Source: Escherichia coli (GTDB lineage Bacteria > Pseudomonadota > Gammaproteobacteria > Enterobacterales > Enterobacteriaceae). Taken from it: DNA of 64,000 nucleotides. The stretch lies in NCBI RefSeq assembly GCF_030384885.1, contig NZ_CP128613.1; one strand, written 5' to 3'. Each line of letters starts with the position of its first letter. Position 1 is the stretch's first letter. Below, one piece after another: positions 14,408 through 24,191 of the stretch. A program made the translations under genes and the position numbers. Under the pieces are notes generated by a model. That model was not told where the DNA came from. It did not search any database and was given only the letters and a program-made list of their open reading frames with translations.

Positions 14408-14902
14408 ATGAACATTGTCGATCAACAAACTTTTCGCGATGCGATGTCCTGCATGGGCGCGGCGGTCAATATCATCACCACGGACGGTCCAGCCGGGCGC
14501 GCCGGGTTCACCGCCAGCGCCGTCTGTAGCGTAACCGACACACCGCCCACATTACTGGTGTGCCTGAATCGTGGGGCATCCGTCTGGCCGGTATTTAATG
14601 AAAACCGAACGCTGTGTGTAAATACACTTAGCGCCGGGCAGGAGCCGCTTTCAAACCTTTTTGGCGGCAAAACGCCCATGGAACACCGCTTTGCCGCCGC
14701 CCGCTGGCAGACTGGTGTGACCGGATGCCCGCAACTGGAAGAAGCACTGGTTTCGTTTGACTGCCGTATCAGCCAGGTGGTGAGCGTCGGCACCCACGAC
14801 ATTCTGTTTTGCGCCATCGAAGCGATTCATCGTCACGCCACCCCCTACGGGCTGGTGTGGTTTGATCGCAGTTATCACGCGCTGATGCGCCCTGCTTGTT
14901 AA
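14408..14902 (+). CDS. rutF: Flavin reductase RutF
   Basis: 164 aa from MNIVDQQTF. Confidence 0.9.
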
Positions 14903-14922
14903 CCTCCTTAAGGAGACAGCTG

Positions 14923-16251
14923 ATGGCAATGTTCGGTTTTCCTCACTGGCAGTTAAAATCGACCTCTACAGAGAGCGGCGTGGTCGCGCCGAATGAACGA
15001 TTGCCGTTTGCTCAGACGGCAATAATGGGCGTTCAACACGCGGTGGCGATGTTTGGCGCGACGGTGTTAATGCCGATTCTGATGGGGCTGGATCCCAACC
15101 TTTCCATTTTAATGTCGGGGATCGGCACGTTACTGTTTTTCTTTATTACCGGCGGGCGCGTCCCCAGTTATCTCGGTTCCAGCGCGGCTTTTGTCGGCGT
15201 GGTGATCGCCGCGACGGGCTTTAATGGTCAGGGAATTAATCCGAATATCAGCATCGCGCTGGGCGGGATTATCGCCTGTGGGCTGGTTTATACCGTCATT
15301 GGCCTGGTGGTGATGAAAATCGGTACGCGCTGGATTGAACGACTAATGCCGCCGGTTGTGACGGGTGCGGTGGTGATGGCGATTGGCCTGAACTTAGCGC
15401 CTATCGCAGTGAAAAGTGTATCGGCTTCGGCCTTTGATAGTTGGATGGCGGTAATGACGGTGCTGTGTATTGGGCTGGTGGCGGTGTTTACCCGTGGCAT
15501 GATCCAGCGATTATTGATTCTCGTAGGATTAATTGTCGCCTGTCTGCTGTATGGCGTGATGACCAACGTTTTAGGGCTGGGAAAAGCCGTCGATTTTACT
15601 CTCGTCAGCCATGCTGCCTGGTTCGGTCTGCCACATTTTTCCACTCCTGCTTTTAATGGTCAGGCAATGATGCTGATTGCGCCCGTGGCGGTTATTCTGG
15701 TGGCGGAAAACTTAGGTCATCTGAAGGCGGTAGCCGGGATGACCGGACGCAATATGGACCCGTATATGGGGCGGGCATTCGTAGGCGATGGGCTGGCAAC
15801 AATGCTTTCGGGTTCTGTCGGCGGTAGCGGCGTGACCACCTATGCTGAAAATATCGGTGTGATGGCTGTGACAAAAGTCTATTCGACGCTGGTGTTTGTT
15901 GCTGCCGCCGTCATCGCCATGCTGTTGGGCTTTTCGCCGAAATTTGGCGCACTAATCCATACCATTCCGGCACCGGTGATTGGTGGTGCGTCAATTGTTG
16001 TGTTCGGGTTAATTGCCGTCGCAGGCGCGCGGATCTGGGTACAAAATCGTGTGGATTTAAGTCAGAACGGTAATTTGATTATGGTCGCAGTAACCTTAGT
16101 GCTGGGTGATGGTGATTTTGCTCTCACGCTGGGCGGTTTTACGTTGGGAGGGATCGGTACAGCAACCTTTGGCGCGATTTTACTCAATGCGTTGTTGAGC
16201 AGAAGGTTGGTTGACGTTCCTCCGCCAGAAGTTGTTCATCAGGAACCATAA
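14923..16251 (+). CDS. rutG: Pyrimidine permease RutG (NCS2 family)
   Basis: 442 aa from MAMFGFPHWQ; AGGAGA RBS; multi-pass membrane protein. Confidence 0.9.
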   Translation: MAMFGFPHWQLKSTSTESGVVAPNERLPFAQTAIMGVQHAVAMFGATVLMPILMGLDPNLSILMSGIGTLLFFFITGGRVPSYLGSSAAFVGVVIAATGFNGQGINPNISIALGGIIACGLVYTVIGLVVMKIGTRWIERLMPPVVTGAVVMAIGLNLAPIAVKSVSASAFDSWMAVMTVLCIGLVAVFTRGMIQRLLILVGLIVACLLYGVMTNVLGLGKAVDFTLVSHAAWFGLPHFSTPAFNGQAMMLIAPVAVILVAENLGHLKAVAGMTGRNMDPYMGRAFVGDGLATMLSGSVGGSGVTTYAENIGVMAVTKVYSTLVFVAAAVIAMLLGFSPKFGALIHTIPAPVIGGASIVVFGLIAVAGARIWVQNRVDLSQNGNLIMVAVTLVLGDGDFALTLGGFTLGGIGTATFGAILLNALLSRRLVDVPPPEVVHQEP

Positions 16252-16258
16252 ACAGAAA

Positions 16259-16290
16259 ACCGCCGGGGTAACCGGCGGTGATGGCTTTTT
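16259..16290 (+). terminator. Candidate intrinsic terminator after rutG
   Basis: 8 bp GC stem (accgccgg/ccggcggt) followed by a T-run. Confidence 0.4.
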
Positions 16291-16333
16291 GACGAGCTAC
16301 AGACAAAAATGCATTCGTCATTGATTAGCCCGG

Positions 16334-16507
16334 CTAGTTGTCGCTTTTGCCGTGACTGCTCTTGCCACCTTTTTTACCTGCTTCAGATGCGCGCTGCGGG
16401 TCATTTTTGAAATTACCCCCGCTGTGCTGTCCACCTTTTTTACCTGCTTCTGATGCTCTTTCGCGGTCTTCTGCAAAATTGCCGGAACCGCCTCGATGGT
16501 TTGCCAT
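16334..16507 (-). CDS. ymdF: Stress-induced KGG-repeat small protein YmdF
   Basis: 57 aa from MANHRGGSGNF; internal repeats ASEAGKKGG. Confidence 0.85.
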   Translation of the reverse strand: MANHRGGSGNFAEDRERASEAGKKGGQHSGGNFKNDPQRASEAGKKGGKSSHGKSDN

Positions 16508-16861
16508 TACTGACCTCCGTCTGGGTATAGACATCATATTGCATAGAATTAACGCGGCGTATGGCGGCTGCCATATTTTCGCTACGTGGGACTAAGCTTA
16601 GTGAACTGACGCGGGCAGACCCGCGTTTGGTAATATCCTGCAACAGCTTCTTAGCGAGAATAGATATCATCTCCAATAATTATCTATAAGCCGCTCTTAT
16701 GATTAAAAAAACGCGATGAGATAAAAATGTGTCATTTTGCGACAAAATTGCGTGCTTGTGAAAGTTGTTATAAATCAAATAAGTGGTTGTGAAATTTGCA
16801 CTCTGAAAAGGACGTCTTATCTTTAAATAAGTGGTAGCGAATCGCTACGGAATAGAGATAA

Positions 16862-17476
<615 letters not shown>

Positions 17477-17496
17477 TCTTCAACAGGAGGATACGC

Positions 17497-17724
17497 ATGC
17501 CAACTCAAGAAGCGAAAGCTCATCACGTCGGTGAATGGGCATCTCTGCGCAATACGTCGCCGGAAATAGCCGAGGCCATTTTCGAAGTCGCCGGGTACGA
17601 CGAAAAAATGGCGGAAAAGATTTGGGAAGAAGGTAGCGATGAAGTGTTAGTCAAAGCCTTTGCTAAGACCGATAAAGATTCGCTTTTTTGGGGCGAACAG
17701 ACCATCGAACGTAAAAACGTTTAA
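17497..17724 (+). CDS. yccJ: Small protein YccJ
   Basis: 75 aa ORF 20 bp downstream of wrbA. Confidence 0.9.
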
Positions 17725-17732
17725 TCCTGAAC

Positions 17733-17759
17733 CTCCCCCGTAGTGAACGGGGGAGTTTT
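17733..17759. terminator. Intrinsic terminator hairpin after yccJ
   Basis: ctcccccg-tagtgaa-cgggggag followed by TTTTC. Confidence 0.7.
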
Positions 17760-18259
17760 CGATTATTCATTGACCAACGTCTCATGTCCTGTTATTACTG
17801 TGAGATATTCAATCACGTTATCAAATAAAAAAATCGATATCATTGCGGTAAGCTTGTTATTGATTATAAATATGGGTAATAAGCGATATCCAGCATGAAT
17901 TTGATTGTACAGGGTATTTCCTATATAGCCATTGGTTAAATCTTGAAGATAAGATACCTCCGGCTGAAAAATCCATCCCGGCAATGAAGGATGTGATATT
18001 TTCGTAATTCTCTTGCAGAATAAACAACCCTGGATACGCTCTGAATACAAGGAAATTTTCCAATAAATTATTTATTCATCAATACTCCCCGGCGAGGATC
18101 ATCAAAATATCTCATTATCTTTTAAAACTGCCCAGCCCGTTATAACGGACGTTATCTGGCGCACGCTGAAGTGGGCATGATACTCACTTTCATTAAAATG
18201 CTCGACATGATTTGCTAATCGCTTAGCTAGATAATTGACGTTCAGTCTGTGCCAAATTT

Positions 18260-18619
18260 TTAGCGAAAAATAGCAAATTTAAGCCGGGAATTTATCAAAG
18301 CATCCTCATTTACTTCACCATGAACAATAAAGTCACGCATAAACTGCAGGTGTTTAATTAATAAAATCCATTCACTTTCAGTAAGATAGTTTTTCCCACG
18401 CAGATTATAATACAGAGATTTGATTAATGGGATCTTCTGCTTATGGCGCTTTGACCGCGCTGAGCACAATATTTGTTCTATCAGGCCAAGCGTCCCTTTC
18501 TGACGCAACCAGCACCGGAGTTCAGACTGCGCGCTAATGCCGCGAGCCACCGACAAATGTATTTGGGTAAGCAATGCGTATAAACCTAATAAAAACGCGT
18601 CGTGATAATACCGCTTCAT
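18260..18619 (-). CDS. Hypothetical basic protein, 119 aa, second gene of the inserted cassette
   Basis: ORF with GAGGTG RBS a few nt before the ATG, 12 bp after the upstream ORF stop; K+R-rich (net charge about +10); no family recognised. Confidence 0.55.
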   Translation of the reverse strand: MKRYYHDAFLLGLYALLTQIHLSVARGISAQSELRCWLRQKGTLGLIEQILCSARSKRHKQKIPLIKSLYYNLRGKNYLTESEWILLIKHLQFMRDFIVHGEVNEDALINSRLKFAIFR

Positions 18620-18631
18620 TACCCACCTCTG

Positions 18632-18970
18632 TTATCGTAATTTTTTAAACAAATAATCATATAAAATTTCGGCAATGAATTCTGCATGTTCACGTCGCAC
18701 AATGACATTCATAACGTAATATTGCGCAGCAATTTCATTGATAAAATGTTCAGGCAGTATGAATACGCGTGCATAAGCCGAGTATATTTCCAGTATTTCA
18801 TTTGAGATGTTTTCAAGATCAACGCAATAATTTGTCACATCATAAAAAAGATTAGCGTATTTTTTATTAATTATGCTAAGGCATATAAATGGGGCATTTA
18901 ATTTTTCACACAATTGCCAGTGCGTTCTTTCATTTTCTCCCTTCCATGTATACTTCATTTTGTCAGCCAT
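18632..18970 (-). CDS. Hypothetical protein, first gene of the inserted cassette (112 aa from ATG 18970; 108 aa from ATG 18958; 122 aa from GTG 19000)
   Basis: ORF in roughly 30-35% GC DNA; start codon ambiguous; no family recognised. Confidence 0.5.
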   Translation of the reverse strand: MADKMKYTWKGENERTHWQLCEKLNAPFICLSIINKKYANLFYDVTNYCVDLENISNEILEIYSAYARVFILPEHFINEIAAQYYVMNVIVRREHAEFIAEILYDYLFKKLR

Positions 18971-19105
18971 CCTTTGATTTACGCGTCTGAAGTTTACCAC
19001 TGTGTCTGGGGTAAACCATGCGTTCTATGGTAAAAATTATACGAGATGTGGCGCTGCGTAATATTCTGCTCCCTCAATATATTTCTGGTGAATATGTTCC
19101 AGGTT

Positions 19106-19138
19106 AATTGGGAAGATCTGCATGTGATCTTCCCAATT
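19106..19138. repeat. Perfect 13 bp inverted repeat with 7 nt loop
   Basis: aattgggaagatc-tgcatgt-gatcttcccaatt, between agp and the cassette. Confidence 0.6.
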
Positions 19139-19167
19139 TTATGACTACAAAATGTCAATAGCCGGGT

Positions 19168-20409
19168 TTATTTCACCGCTTCATTCAACACGCTATCAAA
19201 CTTATCCATTGGGCAGAAACCATCAGCGTCTATCGGGCAGCCGGTTAATTCCAGCGTCACGCGCTGAGCCGGAGCCTGCAACGTTAACGCATCAGCATTA
19301 CGCAACTGTTCCGCACTCTGGTACACATATTCAATTTTCATCAAATCGCGATTAGCTTTGCTGTTATGCCAACGCTGGAAAACGATTTTGCCGCCAATCG
19401 GCGTGCGTTCGTTCTGGTCATGCAACTGATACGGTTTGAAATCCAGTGCCGTTAACAGAGAGGCAATGTTTGAGTCGTGCCCCACCAGCACCGTGATTTT
19501 CGGTGCACTGGCGCGATCTGTCACCAGCGCTTTGTCGATATAACTGACCAGTGGTTTCGCAACATTGCGCGCCACTTCCGGTGAGGTAAACAGGCTATCC
19601 TGGTAACCGTTTTTCAGCTTCGACAACACTTTCCACTGTTGGTCAGATTTGATTTCTCCCCACGCCACCTGATCCATCGGGAAACCTTCGTAGTATTGCA
19701 AAGTAAACGCATCTACCAGCGAGTTGCCGACTTTCAGCGGCCCGGAAACGCCCGGTTCTTGTTGATACTTCGCGCTAAAGGTGTTTTTGCCATCTACAAG
19801 CGAACACTGTTGCTTCTCTTTACAGGCAGGAGAATCTTTATAGTTAACGATTTTTTCCAGTAGCTTGTAGCTGTCGGTAAGCTGGAGTTTGCCGAGCTCT
19901 TTCTCCATTGCCGCCACCGCCTGTTCACTGAATGCGGCGGAATCATCGGTGATCACCGGGTTAAAGGTTGGGTCCATGGTGCCCATTTTTTCCTGGTGGT
20001 GGACTGGAATGTCACACCCAGGGAATGCGCCAGTAATAAAGAACTGCGCGGTTGCGACGGTACGTTGCAGGCTGTTGGCATAGGCATAAACGGTGTCCGG
20101 CGGCGGGCATTCCCCCGAATTCACCATCCCCTGCTCTGCCAGCCACTCACGCATATAGTGGCCCATATACACTTCCAGCACACCGCCTTTGGTGGTGAGC
20201 TGCCCACCGGGGACGTCCCATTCTGGCCATTTATTCGGTGTGGATTGTTCCAGCACACTGCCATTGTTCGCCAGCGGCGCACGTAAGTTATGGCGGCTCA
20301 TTATGAGCACTTGCTGCAACTGATAGCCTTCCGGTACGGTTTGTGCCTGAGCATTTGAAGCGAGTAAAACTATCCCTGCCACAGCTGCGGCGATTAGCGT
20401 TTTGTTCAT
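19168..20409 (-). CDS. agp: Periplasmic glucose-1-phosphatase Agp
   Basis: 413 aa from [10 protein letters not shown]; histidine acid phosphatase motif RHNLRAP. Confidence 0.95.
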   Translation of the reverse strand: MNKTLIAAAVAGIVLLASNAQAQTVPEGYQLQQVLIMSRHNLRAPLANNGSVLEQSTPNKWPEWDVPGGQLTTKGGVLEVYMGHYMREWLAEQGMVNSGECPPPDTVYAYANSLQRTVATAQFFITGAFPGCDIPVHHQEKMGTMDPTFNPVITDDSAAFSEQAVAAMEKELGKLQLTDSYKLLEKIVNYKDSPACKEKQQCSLVDGKNTFSAKYQQEPGVSGPLKVGNSLVDAFTLQYYEGFPMDQVAWGEIKSDQQWKVLSKLKNGYQDSLFTSPEVARNVAKPLVSYIDKALVTDRASAPKITVLVGHDSNIASLLTALDFKPYQLHDQNERTPIGGKIVFQRWHNSKANRDLMKIEYVYQSAEQLRNADALTLQAPAQRVTLELTGCPIDADGFCPMDKFDSVLNEAVK

Positions 20410-20703
20410 TCCTGGCACCTCTTTTGTTATCAATCACCAAAGAGTGTGACAGAAATATGACATTTTTCCGGGAACAGGTTCGCAAAATGGCTTGTTGAGT
20501 GCCTGTTTTTCTATATTTGTCATTAAAAAAAGGCAAGATTTGACGCAACCTATGCATGATTAGCCCCTGCCTCGTGTACGCCGTTGATGATTTCACCATG
20601 GGCTAGACAGAATATCACCGACGTTATCGATACAGGGGCAATATTTACTAGTAAAAAGAGAATGTGAGACTAATAAAAACTATTTTAGCACATGTCTTTA
20701 TCA

Positions 20704-21957
20704 TTAGATGGCATAACGATTTAAATAGTCCAGTTGCGCTTTCATTTCCTTATGGTTTAACTGGTATGACTGAGCAAAAAGTTCAGTAGGGAGGTAAACG
20801 TCATAATGATTGCCAGTATTTATTAAATAACCATACTCAAGATCTTCATCCGTTGAAAAGGATTCACTTCCCAAGGAGATTGATCCCACATTACAGGCAA
20901 CAATAAACAATGAACAAATGCTATCTGAAAGCACAGCAAGGAAATTCTTCACCGCTTTAACCTTTTCCGGAGAGTCGGTATTTAAAACAAGCGAACCCTT
21001 GTTATCATTAAATATAAACTCGGGTAAATGCAATATGCATCTTTCGTCATTCAAGCAACTACCAATGAATTCTTTTTTAAACTTAATAAAATTCGACGCT
21101 AAAGAATTACCCATATCCTGAATTTGGTTGTCAGAATGCAGATCAACGCCAAATAATGTCTTAATATCTTCCCTGAGATTAAAGAATGCTGCATCAACAA
21201 AAGACTCAATCACTTGTTTATCAACAATTTTAATAAATTCGTCGTATACTTCTTTTTGCGTCTTTTGACTGCCAAGCGCCCATGAATAATCAACGTGTTT
21301 TATAACCAGGATGGCTCTTAACAGACAATATCCATCGCCATCTACAGGCGCGTATTTTAATTTATGTGCTTGATTAACTTCACTCTGAATAAAAGATATA
21401 CCAGACAAATCAATACCAGTAGCTGAATCATATATTCCCGGCGCATTTATCCGTTTTGGCTGGACATTCGTAATTTCATCATCATCAAAGCAATACTCAG
21501 AAAAAACATCATTACACTCATTTAAGATATCAACATATGCTATAAATTTATACCAACAGCTACTTTTAAAGCCTGCAATAGCCTGTGAAAACATACCCGG
21601 CAAGGATATATTAACAAGCTCTCTTTCTTGAAAATATTGTATAGTATAGGTAATGCCTCCTGAATCCCCTGAATAAGTGTTTGTATCATGAGTACGTAAT
21701 GTTTTCATAAATGAAGATAAATCATTATCATTTTGCATTTCCTCTAATTCTGTTTCTAGTGATTCACACACCAGGCATGAAATATTTTCTTCTTTCCGCA
21801 TGATTTCATTGTACAACCGCATAAAACACTCTAGTTTTTGTTCAAAAAGCGTGATTGAACATTTTTGATTTTCTTCGCGCCTGGTTTTTATATCGGCCCA
21901 GGCTGTTTTCAAATAATTATTAGCACTGCAACTTACTCCATGTATATTACTACCCAT
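20704..21957 (-). CDS. yccE: Uncharacterized protein YccE
   Basis: 417 aa ORF in AT-rich DNA; recalled as YccE. Confidence 0.8.
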   Translation of the reverse strand: MGSNIHGVSCSANNYLKTAWADIKTRREENQKCSITLFEQKLECFMRLYNEIMRKEENISCLVCESLETELEEMQNDNDLSSFMKTLRTHDTNTYSGDSGGITYTIQYFQERELVNISLPGMFSQAIAGFKSSCWYKFIAYVDILNECNDVFSEYCFDDDEITNVQPKRINAPGIYDSATGIDLSGISFIQSEVNQAHKLKYAPVDGDGYCLLRAILVIKHVDYSWALGSQKTQKEVYDEFIKIVDKQVIESFVDAAFFNLREDIKTLFGVDLHSDNQIQDMGNSLASNFIKFKKEFIGSCLNDERCILHLPEFIFNDNKGSLVLNTDSPEKVKAVKNFLAVLSDSICSLFIVACNVGSISLGSESFSTDEDLEYGYLINTGNHYDVYLPTELFAQSYQLNHKEMKAQLDYLNRYAI

Positions 21958-22214
21958 ATATAGCGCCTATAAAATTTAATAAATAATGACGTCCTAGTTA
22001 AGCTTAAAGTGCCTGATTTAACTATCAAAAATCGCTCACCCTTTTACCTGTTTAAACTATGCTCAGCAATCCATCTTGACGCCACCTCCTCTCCACGATG
22101 ATTTCAATAACATATTCTGTGTTGGCATATGAAATTTTGAGGATTACCCTACACTTATAGGAGTTACCTTACAGGGGTTCCTTCAATTTGTGTTGATTTA
22201 CGCGAGATAACGCT

Positions 22215-23135
22215 ATGGAACTAAAGGATTATTACGCCATCATGGGCGTGAAACCGACGGACGATCTCAAGACAATCAAGACCGCCTATCGTCGACTGGC
22301 CCGCAAATACCATCCTGATGTCAGCAAAGAACCGGATGCCGAAGCCCGCTTCAAAGAGGTCGCTGAAGCCTGGGAAGTGTTGAGTGATGAACAACGTCGC
22401 GCTGAGTATGATCAGATGTGGCAACATCGCAACGATCCGCAATTTAACCGTCAATTCCATCATGGCGACGGTCAGAGTTTTAACGCCGAAGATTTTGACG
22501 ATATCTTCTCGTCAATTTTCGGTCAGCATGCCCGCCAGAGCCGTCAACGCCCCGCCACCCGCGGCCACGATATTGAAATCGAAGTGGCGGTATTCCTGGA
22601 AGAAACGCTTACTGAGCACAAGCGTACCATCAGCTATAACCTGCCGGTTTATAACGCCTTTGGCATGATCGAACAGGAAATCCCGAAAACGCTGAATGTG
22701 AAGATCCCGGCGGGCGTCGGCAATGGTCAACGCATCCGCCTGAAAGGCCAGGGAACGCCGGGCGAAAATGGCGGCCCAAATGGCGATTTGTGGCTGGTGA
22801 TTCATATTGCGCCGCATCCATTGTTTGATATTGTCGGCCAGGATCTGGAAATAGTGGTGCCGGTTAGCCCGTGGGAAGCGGCGCTGGGTGCTAAAGTCAC
22901 CGTTCCAACACTGAAAGAAAGCATTTTGCTAACTATCCCGCCGGGCAGTCAGGCCGGGCAACGATTACGCGTTAAAGGCAAAGGCCTGGTGAGCAAAAAA
23001 CAGACCGGCGATCTGTATGCGGTACTGAAAATCGTGATGCCGCCGAAACCGGATGAAAATACGGCCGCGCTGTGGCAGCAACTGGCAGACGCCCAGTCGT
23101 CTTTTGATCCACGTAAAGATTGGGGGAAAGCATGA
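22215..23135 (+). CDS. cbpA: Curved-DNA-binding DnaJ-like protein CbpA
   Basis: 306 aa; J-domain with HPD motif (YHPDVSK). Confidence 0.95.
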   Translation: MELKDYYAIMGVKPTDDLKTIKTAYRRLARKYHPDVSKEPDAEARFKEVAEAWEVLSDEQRRAEYDQMWQHRNDPQFNRQFHHGDGQSFNAEDFDDIFSSIFGQHARQSRQRPATRGHDIEIEVAVFLEETLTEHKRTISYNLPVYNAFGMIEQEIPKTLNVKIPAGVGNGQRIRLKGQGTPGENGGPNGDLWLVIHIAPHPLFDIVGQDLEIVVPVSPWEAALGAKVTVPTLKESILLTIPPGSQAGQRLRVKGKGLVSKKQTGDLYAVLKIVMPPKPDENTAALWQQLADAQSSFDPRKDWGKA

Positions 23136-23440
23136 TGGCTAATGTTACGGTGACTTTTACTATTACCGAATTTTGCCTACATACCGGCATCTCTGAAGAG
23201 GAATTGAATGAAATTGTCGGTTTGGGGGTGGTTGAACCGCGGGAGCGCCTGGAAACAACCTGGGTATTTGACGACCATGCCGCCATTGTGGTGCAACGTG
23301 CGGTACGTCTGCGTCATGAACTGGCACTGGACTGGCCGGGGATCGCGGTGGCGCTAACATTAATGGATGATATTGCGCACCTGAAGCAGGAAAACCGCCT
23401 GCTGCGCCAGCGGCTTTCCCGATTTGTGGCTCATCCGTGA
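23135..23440 (+). CDS. cbpM: CbpA modulator CbpM
   Basis: 101 aa from MANVTVTF; start overlaps the cbpA stop. Confidence 0.9.
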   Translation: MANVTVTFTITEFCLHTGISEEELNEIVGLGVVEPRERLETTWVFDDHAAIVVQRAVRLRHELALDWPGIAVALTLMDDIAHLKQENRLLRQRLSRFVAHP

Positions 23441-23447
23441 GTTTGTT

Positions 23448-23590
23448 GCCTGATGCGACGCTTAACGCGTCTTATCAGGCCTACAAAGCGCACTGTCCCC
23501 GTAGGCCGGATAAGGTTCATGCCGCATCCGGCGGATCTACCTTAATGTCTAATGCGACGCTCAACGCGTCTTATCTGGCCTACAAACGGC
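23448..23590. repeat. REP/BIME palindromic elements
   Basis: gcctgatgcgacgcttaacgcgtcttatcaggcctac and related copies between cbpM and torD. Confidence 0.7.
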
Positions 23591-23591
23591 A

Positions 23592-24191
23592 TTATCTGTT
23601 TTGGTTGTCGCACTCCACTAACGCCAGCAATAACTGGCTTAGTGCCGCGTAAAAACCAAAGCTATCATACTGATGGCAACGCGCCGCAAACTCCGGTAAC
23701 CATTGCCGCAGCGCCATCAGTGTTTTTTGCCGCAAACTGTCGATTCTTCGCGCAGGGATAGTTTCCTCACCCAGCGAAAAATACAGATGACTGAGCAATT
23801 CGAGATAGATCGCCAGATGATCTGCCGGTTCGTTGAAATTGCCGCTGGTTTCCATCCCTGCCTCAACTAACAAGCGTTTAATCTCTTGCTCGTCCTGTTT
23901 GTAGGCCGATGCATACGGCAGCGCCGCTTGTTTGTCGGTCATCAGAAACAGGCCGCAAAAGTCAGCGGCCAGTTCCAGACGGGCGTCGTCACGCACTGTC
24001 AGAGCGGCAATTTTAGTTTCCAGCTCGTTTACCGCCGCAGTGAGCGGCGGTTCGCTTTTTAGCAACGAAAACCATTCAGCCATCTGCGCACTGGCGATTT
24101 GCGTTAGTTGTTCATCGTCCAGCTCACGGGAGAACAACTGCGCCAGCCAGGCGTAGACACAGGCAATCTGTTGTGCTGTCAGCGTGGTCAT
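23592..24191 (-). CDS. torD: TorA-specific chaperone TorD
   Basis: 199 aa from [10 protein letters not shown]; 4 bp overlap with torA. Confidence 0.93.
   Translation of the reverse strand: MTTLTAQQIACVYAWLAQLFSRELDDEQLTQIASAQMAEWFSLLKSEPPLTAAVNELETKIAALTVRDDARLELAADFCGLFLMTDKQAALPYASAYKQDEQEIKRLLVEAGMETSGNFNEPADHLAIYLELLSHLYFSLGEETIPARRIDSLRQKTLMALRQWLPEFAARCHQYDSFGFYAALSQLLLALVECDNQNR

Noticed and set aside
17763-18063. Two overlapping minus-strand ORFs (95 aa and 68 aa) in the distal arm of the insertion
   Set aside because: Both start only at TTG with no RBS and overlap each other; kept as a region of interest in the findings but not called as genes.
20288-20599. 103 aa minus-strand ORF spanning the agp start and upstream region
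   Set aside because: Overlaps the agp N-terminus in another frame and the agp promoter region; basic, arginine-rich artefact composition.
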